Source: Micrococcales bacterium
GTDB taxonomy: Bacteria; Actinomycetota; Actinomycetes; Actinomycetales; Cellulomonadaceae
Length of the DNA: 64,000 nucleotides
Assembly (NCBI GenBank): GCA_009779195.1
Contig: WRET01000005.1
Coordinates: forward strand, 5,568-69,567
Direction: 5' to 3'
Made by a program: the position numbers and the translations under genes
Notes under the pieces: generated by a model
Databases searched by the model: none
The model's input: only the letters and a program-made list of their open reading frames with translations
Told to the model about the DNA's origin: nothing
In this document: positions 9,228-17,433 of the stretch, piece by piece
How the letters are laid out: every line of letters starts with the position of its first letter
Position numbering within the stretch: the stretch's first letter is position 1

Positions 9228-10363
9228 CGTCGATGCCTCTCCAGCATTGCGGCCACAGCCGCGATCTCGGCGCCCACTGATGTGCGCGCTTCTGCGCACA
9301 CCTGTTCGCCTGCGCGCTCTGCCCGGTCCAATTCGGTCCGGGCAGAGGCTACCGCGGCCAGGACGTCGTTTGCGTCCACTGTGGTGACATCGAGCACGTA
9401 ATCGTCCAGTCCGGCCTGGCTGAGCAGCGCCACATCCTTGGCGGCGTGGGCGAGGGCGACCGGGCTGCGACGGGCCAGCAGGGTCCCGATGAGGGTGTGG
9501 TAGCGGGTGCCGACCACGATATCGGCTGGGCCCAGAGCCGTGAGCAGCCCGTCGAGCGTCGTGGGCCGGACCACCGGCGGGGGCGTACCGTCGAGCATGC
9601 CCAGCACCTGGTTGGTGATGGGGACGTCCTCGTGGTCCATGACGACCATATCCACCTGGTTGCCCGCCGCTACCAGACGGTCGACAACCTCGGCCAGGAC
9701 TTTGGCGTACCGTTCTCGTCCCTGCTCGGGCGGCAGGTCGAAGACTGACACCGCCACACGCCCCCCCGGCGCCGCAGGTACCGCAGGACGCGGGTCGACA
9801 GCCAGGACGAGGTCGTGGATCAGCTCGTCGTGCGTCACGTCCAGCCCGGCATGGTCCAGCGCGTCACGGGTCATGGCGTCTCGGTACGAACGTCGGGCCG
9901 CCCCTTTGGCTGCCCAGACCGCGACCCGGGCCGGCATACGCTGCGCGTAGGGAGACCCACCAAGCCCCACCCACACCAGCGGCACCCGGCGCAACCGGCA
10001 CGCCAGCGACAGCAACGCCAGCCAGGTCAGCTGGCCCCCAGGCATCCGGGCGGTCGGGTCTTCCAGCATGCCCGTGCCGGGGACCACCATCACGTCGAAC
10101 TGGCGCACGAGGCGCAAAAGCGCAGTCAGGTCGGCCAGTTTTGCCCACACGCGAGCGGGGAGCGACGGGCCGTGGGGTTTGGCAAAGGACAAGGCGGGCA
10201 GGCCCACCATCTCGTCGGCGCGGCCAGGCTCGGAGACCAGGGCAGTAAACGCGGCGTCGGGCAGGCGGCTTGCGAGCTGTTGCATGACGACCTGGCACGT
10301 CATGTCGTTGCCGAGGTTGCCGAGGCCGAACTCGCCAAACATCCCGACGCGCAGTGTCGTCAC
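9224..10363 (-). CDS. Polysaccharide pyruvyl transferase family protein
   Basis: MFGEFGLGNLGNDMT and VVGTRYHTLIGTLLA resemble the PS_pyruv_trans family pattern. Confidence 0.7.
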   Translation of the reverse strand: MTTLRVGMFGEFGLGNLGNDMTCQVVMQQLASRLPDAAFTALVSEPGRADEMVGLPALSFAKPHGPSLPARVWAKLADLTALLRLVRQFDVMVVPGTGMLEDPTARMPGGQLTWLALLSLACRLRRVPLVWVGLGGSPYAQRMPARVAVWAAKGAARRSYRDAMTRDALDHAGLDVTHDELIHDLVLAVDPRPAVPAAPGGRVAVSVFDLPPEQGRERYAKVLAEVVDRLVAAGNQVDMVVMDHEDVPITNQVLGMLDGTPPPVVRPTTLDGLLTALGPADIVVGTRYHTLIGTLLARRSPVALAHAAKDVALLSQAGLDDYVLDVTTVDANDVLAAVASARTELDRAERAGEQVCAEARTSVGAEIAAVAAMLERHRR

Positions 10364-10532
10364 CCGCCACCGTCCCTTCTTTGGCAGCCGTGCACGCCCA
10401 TGTCCACGGCACAGTGTGCCACCTGCCGACCACTGTCACGGTGAGGGCGGCTAACGGCGTATATTCTAAGGGTCTTTGAGACGAATCACCCGGGCCCATA
10501 GCCCGTATGACGGCAACCCCAGAGAGGACCTC

Positions 10533-11681
10533 ATGACCACGAACGTGCTCGCCGAACCAATTGCGACCTGGGTCGACCGCTGGTCGGGCAAGCCCGGCGG
10601 AGCTGTCGTGCTGGACCTGGGATCTCAGCCCCCTTCGGACCTGTTCCCTGCCGCTGACGACCCGCTGCCCGACCCGGCCTACCCGCTGCGCATGGTGATG
10701 AGCAAGGTCAGCGGTCTTCTCCAGCTCGAGGACGACCCCACCGAACCCGAAGAGGTCATGGGCGTCGAACCGGTCGCCCTGGTGCGCCAGGCCGAGCTGT
10801 GCGTGTCCGACGCCGCCGACGCCGGGTACGTGCGCGAGGGGACCACCGTCGTGGAGTACCCCAGCCCGCACGGTGGCTCGTGGGGCGGCCAGCTCACCGC
10901 CCGCGGCGCGGTGCTGGTCGACGCCGGGCCAGTCGACCTGGTCGTCGACGTGCACGGAATGATGCACGACCGTGACCAGAACGTGGCGTTCGTCGAACGC
11001 CGGGACCTGCTGGCACCCGACGGCGTGCTCGTCATGATGATCCACGACGTGGCATCGATCGTGCGTCTTGGCATGTGGAACGCTCTCAAGAGCGGCCACT
11101 TCGCCTACTACTCGGTGCCCGCCCTGGTGTCCATGGCGCGCGAGATCGGCATGGTCTCCATCGGCGCCTGGCAGTACCCGCTGTACGGGGACCGCGGCAC
11201 GACCTTGATCGCTTTCGCCCGCTCTGGCAGCCGTTGGGGCGAGCAGGCGCAGGTCGTCACCGACCTCGTCGAGTCCCAGACAGCCGAGGGCATCGTGGAC
11301 CCGCAGCGCGTCGCGAGCCTGTCGCAGACCCTCACCGCCTCGGTCGCCGCGATCCGCTCGTACCTGGACCAGGCCAAGGCCGCGGGTCTGACCGTCGCCG
11401 GTTATGGAGCTGCTTCGCGCACCTCTGCCCTGCTGGTCAGCGCCAAGGTCACCACAGACGACCTCGTCGGTATCGCCGACGCGGCTGCTGGCAAGCACGG
11501 GCGCACCATGCCCGGCAACCGCATCCCCATCTGGTCCCCGGCCCACCTGGTCGAGTCCCGTCCCGACCGGGTCTTCCTGTTCGTCCCTGACCTGCTCCCC
11601 GAAGTCCGCGCCACCTACCCCGAGATCGAAGCCAACGGCGGACGCTGGGTCGTCATGGACCCCACTCCCCGAGAAGTGTGA
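10533..11681 (+). CDS. Methyltransferase-like protein with an NDP-hexose C-methyltransferase-type C-terminal domain
   Basis: The N-terminal YPLRMVMSKVSGLLQLED resembles the zinc-ribbon region of sugar C-methyltransferases but lacks the Cys residues. The C-terminus AGYGAASRTSALL...GKHGRTMPGNRIPIWSP...DRVFLFVPDL matches the C-methyltransferase C-terminal domain pattern. The SAM motif looks degenerate (VVEYPSPHGGS). Confidence 0.55.
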   Translation: MTTNVLAEPIATWVDRWSGKPGGAVVLDLGSQPPSDLFPAADDPLPDPAYPLRMVMSKVSGLLQLEDDPTEPEEVMGVEPVALVRQAELCVSDAADAGYVREGTTVVEYPSPHGGSWGGQLTARGAVLVDAGPVDLVVDVHGMMHDRDQNVAFVERRDLLAPDGVLVMMIHDVASIVRLGMWNALKSGHFAYYSVPALVSMAREIGMVSIGAWQYPLYGDRGTTLIAFARSGSRWGEQAQVVTDLVESQTAEGIVDPQRVASLSQTLTASVAAIRSYLDQAKAAGLTVAGYGAASRTSALLVSAKVTTDDLVGIADAAAGKHGRTMPGNRIPIWSPAHLVESRPDRVFLFVPDLLPEVRATYPEIEANGGRWVVMDPTPREV

Positions 11682-11697
11682 TCTGTGATCTGACCAA

Positions 11698-11756
11698 GGC
11701 GTGTCTCTTGACCCCCGTCCGAGCGCCGCGCTCGCACGGGGGATAAGAGACACGCC
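11698..11756 (+). terminator. Long imperfect hairpin after the methyltransferase-like gene
   Basis: GGCGTGTCTCTTGACCCCCGT (11698-11718) pairs with ACGGGGGATAAGAGACACGCC (11736-11756). This gives 19 of 21 positions paired. Confidence 0.5.
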
Positions 11757-11803
11757 CTAAAGAGGTTGCTTGGCCATCGCACCGACGACAAAGATGGCCG
11801 CTC

Positions 11804-12955
11804 GTGACTACGCAGCTCATCGACGCTCTCCTCGGGTCCCTGGCGGACGCCGAGCAGTCGGCGCCTGCGTTGGACCTGCCAGCGGTGATGGCCAACGAGA
11901 ACGAGTGGCTGGACACCGAGACATGGGTGGGGATGGCTTTCGCCCAGGCAGTGATCGACGGCCACGAGCCGTTCACCGCTGAGGCGCCGCTGAAGCACGA
12001 CTTCGACCGCGCGCTGCTGCTGCCCGACACCGCTGTGGTCCTGCGATCGGCCACGGACCACGAGCGGCCGGAGCAGCCGTGGATCTTCGCCCGCACCCCG
12101 ACCGGGCACATCCACATCAGCCCGTCGGCCGCCACGGTCAGCGCGGCCACCGCCACCGCGGCCCGTGAGCTGCTCCAGGTGGTTGTCGACCGCATCCCCC
12201 CGGCTGTCGACACCGACGACCCCAACAAGGCCGAGGTCGAGATGTGGCAGCAGTCGGTGCACAGTGGTGGCAGCTCGCGCAGCAAGGTGATCGACGTCCC
12301 GTCATGGGCCGACGTCCAGCGCAACTACGCCACCGCCACAGGTGACCAGCTGGCCCGGCTCATGGCCAGGGGTCGCCCGTCGGACGCCTCGGGCAAGCTC
12401 ATGGTCTGGTACGGCCTGCCCGGCACCGGCAAGACCACCGCTATCCGCACCCTCATGCGCGAGTGGTCGGCGTGGTGCACCTACCACTACATCCCTGACC
12501 CCGAACAGTTCTTCAACACCGTGTCGTACATGGCTGCGGTGCTCTCCGTCGACTCCGACAACGCCGACGACGGTGAACCCATGCACCGGTTGGTCGTGGT
12601 CGAGGACTGCGACGAGTTCATCACCGCCGACGCCCGCCACCGCTCTGGCAACGCCCTGGGACGTCTGCTGAACCTGTCCGACGGGATCATGGGCCAAGGC
12701 TCGAAGGTGATCGTCCTGCTGACCACCAACGAAGACATCATGGCGTTGCACCCTGCCCTGACCCGTCCGGGCCGCTGCCTGGCCAAAGTCGAGTTCCGCC
12801 CCTTCAGCGCCGACCAGGCGCGCACCTGGCTCGACGACCCGGCCGCCAGCCTCCCCTCGTCGTCGCCCACTCTCGCCGAGCTGTTCGAGACGAAGAGCGC
12901 CACCCCCCGCATCTGCACGTCCGACGACACCCCCGCCCCCGGCCTCTACCTGTGA
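11804..12955 (+). CDS. AAA+ ATPase (classical clade) with an uncharacterised N-terminal domain of about 190 aa
   Basis: Motifs: Walker A GLPGTGKTT, Walker B LVVVEDCDEF, sensor-1 LLTTN, Arg-finger region HPALTRPGRC. Confidence 0.8.
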   Translation: MTTQLIDALLGSLADAEQSAPALDLPAVMANENEWLDTETWVGMAFAQAVIDGHEPFTAEAPLKHDFDRALLLPDTAVVLRSATDHERPEQPWIFARTPTGHIHISPSAATVSAATATAARELLQVVVDRIPPAVDTDDPNKAEVEMWQQSVHSGGSSRSKVIDVPSWADVQRNYATATGDQLARLMARGRPSDASGKLMVWYGLPGTGKTTAIRTLMREWSAWCTYHYIPDPEQFFNTVSYMAAVLSVDSDNADDGEPMHRLVVVEDCDEFITADARHRSGNALGRLLNLSDGIMGQGSKVIVLLTTNEDIMALHPALTRPGRCLAKVEFRPFSADQARTWLDDPAASLPSSSPTLAELFETKSATPRICTSDDTPAPGLYL

Positions 12956-13016
12956 GGCTCGTCGAAGGATGACGGCGTGACCGGGCTCAGCGGCCTGACC
13001 GACGGCGTCCAAGCGC

Positions 13017-14546
13017 TCACGAGCGCTTGGACGCCCACGCCTCGGACTTCGAACCTGTGACGCCACCGTCCATCCAGACGATCTTGCCCCTGGCGTCTGC
13101 GACGATATTGGCCGTGTCCTTCTCGCCGGACACCGAGACGTGGATGTGCATGGGGGTTGAGGCGCGTTTCTTGGTTTGACGCGGGTTGTCGACGTGCACC
13201 GCGGGACTGCCGTCTTTGATTCCGGTGAGCTCTTCTATCTGGGCGACGATTCCTTCGACAGATTTCCAGTCCACCGCGGTCGCGTCGAACAGCACGTCGT
13301 CACTGAGCGGCGAGTCGGCTTTGTCACGTTTGGCAAAACCGTCGCGCCAGGTGAACCGGTCGACCGTGGCCGCCCCCGGAGCCGTCGGAGCCCGAGCATA
13401 GATATGGGTCGGGTACACGTGGATATCGAAGAACCTTGGTCCGCCGGCCACTTCTACGAGGTCGTCGATCGCCTGCTGCAGGTGCTCGGTGGTCAAGAGC
13501 CCCGCAGCCGCCCACGCCTCTGATTTCGACCCCGGGGCGCCGCCGCTCATCCACACGATCTTGCCGGACGCGTCGGCGGTGATGCTCGCGGAGTGGTAGC
13601 CGTCGCTGGTGCGGACCACGAGCTTTGCCGCTGGCGACGCACCACCAGTCGTCGCACGGGTGATGTTCACAGAGGGGCGGCCGTGGACGAGCTTGGTGAG
13701 TCCTGGGACCTGCGCGACGAGCCCGGCAACCTTCCCGCAGTCCACCGTCGTGACGTCGAACAGCTCGCCGGTCGACACACGTCCCGACGCCGGACCGTCC
13801 CGCTTCGCCTGTCCGTCGCGCCAGGTGAACCTCTCGACCGTCGTGGCACCTGGGGTGGTCGGGGCCTTCGCGCTGGCGTGCGTCGAGAAAAGGTCGATCT
13901 CGAGGAACCGGTTTCCCCCAGCCGCCTTGACCAGGTCGTCGACCACCTGCGCAGCGTCGATGGAGAAGGCATCAGCAGGGACCGCCATAGACGCAGCTGG
14001 GGCCTGATCGCCTGAGCCAGGCACCGCCGCCGGTCTGGAGGTGACCCACCAGACCCCTGCGCCGGCCACGCCGCAGACCATGAGCACCGCGACGAGCACG
14101 GCGACGACACGCAGCCCCCAGGAGCGGGTCTTGGCTGGCGGTGGGCCCGGCACCACGGTGGCTTGTGGGGGCGGCGCAGGAGCGCTGTCTTGCACCGCGC
14201 TGCTGTGCGCCATGCTCGAGGTGCCAGTGATCGACTCGAGCTGGACCTGGGTGAGCGTGGTCTCCAGGTGGATGGGACCGTTCTCGCCCACCTCCAGGTA
14301 CTGCACCGAAATTTTCGTCGAGGTGGCTACCGACAGCGCCCGCCTCGCCTTCTCGGCGGCTTCGCGCAACCGCGCCCGGGCGACCGCCCGCCCCGACAGG
14401 TCCTCACCTGACTGCTTCGCCAGCTCGACGAACAAGAAGTCGACGATCCGGTCGACGTCATCGCCCGCCCTCGCGGCTCTCGCAGACGACCCCCAGGGGG
14501 CCGGACTGCCGTGTGGCTCCGGACTTGGTGGCAGCGGCGCACTCAC
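13017..14546 (-). CDS. Membrane protein: isolated Hsp70 subdomain-IIB-like segment, one TM helix, and two tandem copies of an unknown extracytoplasmic domain
   Basis: The N-terminus GDDVDRIVDFLFVELAKQSGEDLSGRAVARARLREAAEKARRALSVATSTKISVQYL...LETTLTQVQLESITG aligns with DnaK GGDDFD...LQRLKEAAEKAKIELS...LTRAKFEELT. The TM helix is LRVVAVLVAVLMVCGVAGAGVWWV. The duplicated module reads VDDLVKAAGGNRFLEIDLF...TVERFTWRDGQAKRD and IDDLVEVAGGPRFFDIHVY...TVDRFTWRDGFAKRD. Confidence 0.6.
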   Translation of the reverse strand: MSAPLPPSPEPHGSPAPWGSSARAARAGDDVDRIVDFLFVELAKQSGEDLSGRAVARARLREAAEKARRALSVATSTKISVQYLEVGENGPIHLETTLTQVQLESITGTSSMAHSSAVQDSAPAPPPQATVVPGPPPAKTRSWGLRVVAVLVAVLMVCGVAGAGVWWVTSRPAAVPGSGDQAPAASMAVPADAFSIDAAQVVDDLVKAAGGNRFLEIDLFSTHASAKAPTTPGATTVERFTWRDGQAKRDGPASGRVSTGELFDVTTVDCGKVAGLVAQVPGLTKLVHGRPSVNITRATTGGASPAAKLVVRTSDGYHSASITADASGKIVWMSGGAPGSKSEAWAAAGLLTTEHLQQAIDDLVEVAGGPRFFDIHVYPTHIYARAPTAPGAATVDRFTWRDGFAKRDKADSPLSDDVLFDATAVDWKSVEGIVAQIEELTGIKDGSPAVHVDNPRQTKKRASTPMHIHVSVSGEKDTANIVADARGKIVWMDGGVTGSKSEAWASKRS

Positions 14547-14747
14547 GCCCCTGAGTCTACGGCCGGCTTTGTCCCTTTATGAACGAATAGCCGAGTTTTT
14601 TCATCTCAACATCCGAGGTGACGGTCCGTGGTGTCAGAGGCTGGCACGTCCGCGGAAGCGTTCGTGCTGATGGCGAGGCGCGGACGACACGGGTTGCCCG
14701 TGCGGACGCCCCAGAGCCTTCCTGGCCGACCAGGCTGTGCGGTGCGT

Positions 14748-15299
14748 TCAGGCGGCGCCGATAAGCTCGCAGTAGGCATCCCAGGTCAGGCCGTTGCTGT
14801 CGCGCTGGGACACCACGGTGATGGGGGCGGGCCACACGACGGCGAGGGTCGGGTCGTCGTAGGAGACGGTGACGTCCTCGTCGGGACCGTAGAAGTCGTC
14901 GATGCGGTAGACGAAGTCGGTCACCGACGTCAGGGCCTGGTACCCGTGCAAGAACCCGCGCGGGATGTACACCTGGCGGCACACCTGGTCGTCGAGCAGG
15001 AACCGCGAGACCTTGCCGAACGTCGGCGAACCTGGCCGGGTGTCGATCGCCACGTCCAGCACCGCGCCGTGGGCGCACCGCACCAGCTTGGCTTCGCCCT
15101 TGTTCAACCGTCCGTGCAGGCCACGCACCACACCCTGGTACGACCGCGACTGGTTCTCCTGCTTGAACCCTGCCGGGTCGATCCCCGCGTCGGCCAGGAT
15201 CTGCACGTCTAGCGTCCTGGAGAAGTACCCCCGCTCGTCACGGTGCGGGGTTGGCTCGAACACGACGAGCCCGTCAACATCTGTTGGAATCACTCTCAC
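14748..15299 (-). CDS. dTDP-4-dehydrorhamnose 3,5-epimerase family (RmlC-like) sugar epimerase
   Basis: MRVIPTDVDGLVVFEPTPHRDERGYFSRT...QENQSRSYQGVVRGLH...KLVRCAHGAVLDVAID is a cupin-type RmlC signature. Confidence 0.9.
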   Translation of the reverse strand: MRVIPTDVDGLVVFEPTPHRDERGYFSRTLDVQILADAGIDPAGFKQENQSRSYQGVVRGLHGRLNKGEAKLVRCAHGAVLDVAIDTRPGSPTFGKVSRFLLDDQVCRQVYIPRGFLHGYQALTSVTDFVYRIDDFYGPDEDVTVSYDDPTLAVVWPAPITVVSQRDSNGLTWDAYCELIGAA

Positions 15300-15409
15300 G
15301 GACGCCCACCCTACCCCCGATATCGCACGGTCAGGCCGCGCCTAGGCCTGGAGGCTACCAGCCCAGATACCTCGGTCGACGACTTTCGGGCGCTGACCGC
15401 GGTGATGGC

Positions 15410-15440
15410 GGTGGCAGCAGCATCCAGTGCTGCTGCCACC
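15410..15440 (-). terminator. Strong hairpin just downstream of rsr (13-bp perfect stem, 5-nt loop)
   Basis: GGTGGCAGCAGCA-tccag-TGCTGCTGCCACC lies 14 nt past the rsr stop and upstream of the RmlC-like gene start. Confidence 0.55.
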
Positions 15441-15453
15441 TTGCCACACCGTC

Positions 15454-17028
15454 CTAACCGCGGACGAAGTCGGACACGACGGTCGGGACCGACGCGTCGT
15501 AGCCGGCGACGTCCAGGCCCAGCTGGTCGGCCGGGTCGTTGATGGTGAACCCGGTCGACGTCAGGGCTACGACGACCGAACGGGTCTGCGGGTCGACCCG
15601 CTTGCGGTAGGTAGACACCGCCGAGGCGGTGTGCTCCTTGCCGCACCAGGTCTCGTTGTCGGTGTACGAGACGATGCCGCCGAAGGCGCGCCGGTGCGCG
15701 GACGCCCACGTCCACGGCAACGACGTGTTGGTGCCACCCATGGAGATGGCGCTGACCTTGGAGATGACCTGTGCCAGCGACATAGACGGGTCGATGGGTA
15801 CGTCCACGAGACGGTGGGAGTAGCCCATGATCGTCCAGTCGCTCTCGGTGTTGGCCGTGACCAGCGCGAGCGCTGCGGAGACCTCACGCGGGGTCAGGCC
15901 GCTAGCGTCGGCCCGCCAGCCCATCGAACCGGACACGTCCAGCGCGAGCAGGACGGGCTTGCCGATGGGCCGCACCGCACCGAACGCCGCGTAGAACCCG
16001 GCGTCCAGGGCCTGGGCCACCGCACGCACCGGCCGCCAGTCACGTCCGCCACGGCCTGCGCCCTCGGCGTAGGTACGCGCGGCGGACAGGACCGACAGCG
16101 GGTGGATCCGCGCGGCCTTGAGCCCCGCCGGGTCGGTGACCCGGGATGTGACGTGCTCGACCCATTCGGACCGCTCGTAGAGCAGGCCGATACGGGTCAG
16201 GCGCGGCAGCTGGCGTACCAGCGCACCCAGCGGCACGCCGTTGGCCAGCAGCGCTTCCCACACGGCGACGGTGCCCAGCCAGCGGTCGGGCAGCATCTCC
16301 CAGGTGATGGCACGGTTGTCGGCGACGATCGCGACCACTTCCTCAGCGGTGCCGGCCGCTGCGAGCGCCTCGAACGCGTCGACCAGGCGCGGCACGGACT
16401 CGCACCGCTCGCCGCGCAGCACCCAGCGGAACAGGGCGTTGAACGCCGGGTCCGCCGTGGACGGGTGCGCCAGGCGCAGCACGTCAGCGTGGGTCCAGCC
16501 GTCGCGCGAACGGTACTTGACCATCTGCAGGGCAGCGGCGTCCACGTCACGGGCGGTGTACCAGGAACCCAGCGCGCGGCGCAGGCCACGTCCGGTACCG
16601 CGCAGGTTCTTGGCGTAACGCGCGAACGTCAGCAGCGTCGAACCGGTCCGCGCCACCTGGGGCAGGGCGTCCAGCGCGAGGGTGCGCGCCTGGTCGTTAC
16701 CCACCGAGGCGGCCACGGCCAGCGCGAACAGGCCTGGCTGCTGCTTGGGCGCCAGACCCGCCTGCGAGGTGCGTACCACCTGCTCGACGTAGGCGACCGG
16801 GTCCCGGTCAGCCAGGCCGAGCAGGAACGCCACGTTGTCGGCCAGGTGCTCGGCCGCCCCGACGTAGTACGTCCCGGCGGGCGCACCCAAGGTGAGGAAC
16901 CGCTGCAGACGTGCCGCGTCGTCGGTGCTGTACACGTACCCGCCAGCATTGTTGACAACCTGCCGCGGGTCGGTGCGGACCATCTGCGTCGGCTTCCGCT
17001 GCACAGTGCCGTAGATGTCAGTCGTCAT
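15454..17028 (-). CDS. rsr: Ro 60-kDa autoantigen orthologue (Rsr): TROVE domain plus vWA/MIDAS domain
   Basis: The N-terminus VNNAGGYVYSTDDAARLQRFLTLGAPAGTYY is TROVE-like. The C-terminal vWA domain has the MIDAS motif LALDVSGSMG. The protein is 524 aa and a good RBS (GAAGGGGA) precedes the ATG. Confidence 0.85.
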   Translation of the reverse strand: MTTDIYGTVQRKPTQMVRTDPRQVVNNAGGYVYSTDDAARLQRFLTLGAPAGTYYVGAAEHLADNVAFLLGLADRDPVAYVEQVVRTSQAGLAPKQQPGLFALAVAASVGNDQARTLALDALPQVARTGSTLLTFARYAKNLRGTGRGLRRALGSWYTARDVDAAALQMVKYRSRDGWTHADVLRLAHPSTADPAFNALFRWVLRGERCESVPRLVDAFEALAAAGTAEEVVAIVADNRAITWEMLPDRWLGTVAVWEALLANGVPLGALVRQLPRLTRIGLLYERSEWVEHVTSRVTDPAGLKAARIHPLSVLSAARTYAEGAGRGGRDWRPVRAVAQALDAGFYAAFGAVRPIGKPVLLALDVSGSMGWRADASGLTPREVSAALALVTANTESDWTIMGYSHRLVDVPIDPSMSLAQVISKVSAISMGGTNTSLPWTWASAHRRAFGGIVSYTDNETWCGKEHTASAVSTYRKRVDPQTRSVVVALTSTGFTINDPADQLGLDVAGYDASVPTVVSDFVRG

Positions 17029-17058
17029 GATGATGTCCCCTTCCCGGGTCAGGTGTCA

Positions 17059-17224
17059 CCTGGACGACAGGACGGTGGCAGACAAGGGACAGCCCCGGAA
17101 TTGTGCTGCTCTACCAGCTGAGCTACGCCAACCTTTCAGCCGACGGCAGGACTCGAACCTGCGACCCGCCCATTAACAGTGGATAACCGAAAGCTTTCGG
17201 CCCGCCACCGTCCTGTCGACCAGG
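17059..17224 (-). ncRNA. yrlA: Y RNA (YrlA-like) with a circularly permuted tRNA-like module
   Basis: A 21-bp closing helix pairs 17224-17204 with 17079-17059, with one U-U mismatch. Inside it lie a T-arm GCAGG/UUCGAGU/CCUGC (17162-17146), a 7-bp acceptor-like stem CGUCGGC/GUUGGCG with loop UGAAAG (17145-17126), UA, and a D-arm GCUC/AGCUGGUA/GAGC (17123-17108). The RNA sits about 30 nt upstream of rsr on the same strand. Confidence 0.75.
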
Positions 17225-17340
17225 CGACGCGGATAAGTGTGTGGAAGCCGGAAAGCCCCTGACGACCAGGGCGCATGGCGCGCAATGGTCGGGGCATCTC
17301 TCGATAGGATAACCGACGTCCTTCGACCCGCGTCTTCCGG
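17220..17340 (-). ncRNA. Possible second structured RNA or leader segment upstream of the Y RNA
   Basis: CCGGAAGACGCGG (17340-17328) can pair with CCGCGUCGCCUGG (17232-17220), 11 of 13 positions. Internal hairpins include CCCUG-GUCGU-CAGGG and GCGC-GCCAU-GCGC. GGUUAUCC is shared with the Y RNA. There is no coding signal. Confidence 0.3.
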
Positions 17341-17350
17341 GTCTGTGACG

Positions 17351-17380
17351 ACCTTACGCGGGGCACCCGTGGCGGCCCAA
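17351..17380 (-). promoter_or_regulatory. Candidate sigma-70-type promoter for the Y RNA-rsr transcript
   Basis: The minus strand reads TTGGGC-N18-TAAGGT. It would start transcription a few nt before the structured region. Confidence 0.35.
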
Positions 17381-17433
17381 GCGTTTTTCTGGGGCGTTCT
17401 GGGCCGTGCGCCAGGGTGCTACCGTCTGCGGGT

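Noticed and set aside
17108-17162. A tRNA gene on the minus strand, suggested by perfect D-arm and T-arm sequences.
   Set aside because: The T-arm lies 5' of the D-arm. There is no anticodon arm between them, and the acceptor-like helix is closed by a loop. This is a permuted tRNA mimic inside a larger stem, not a tRNA.
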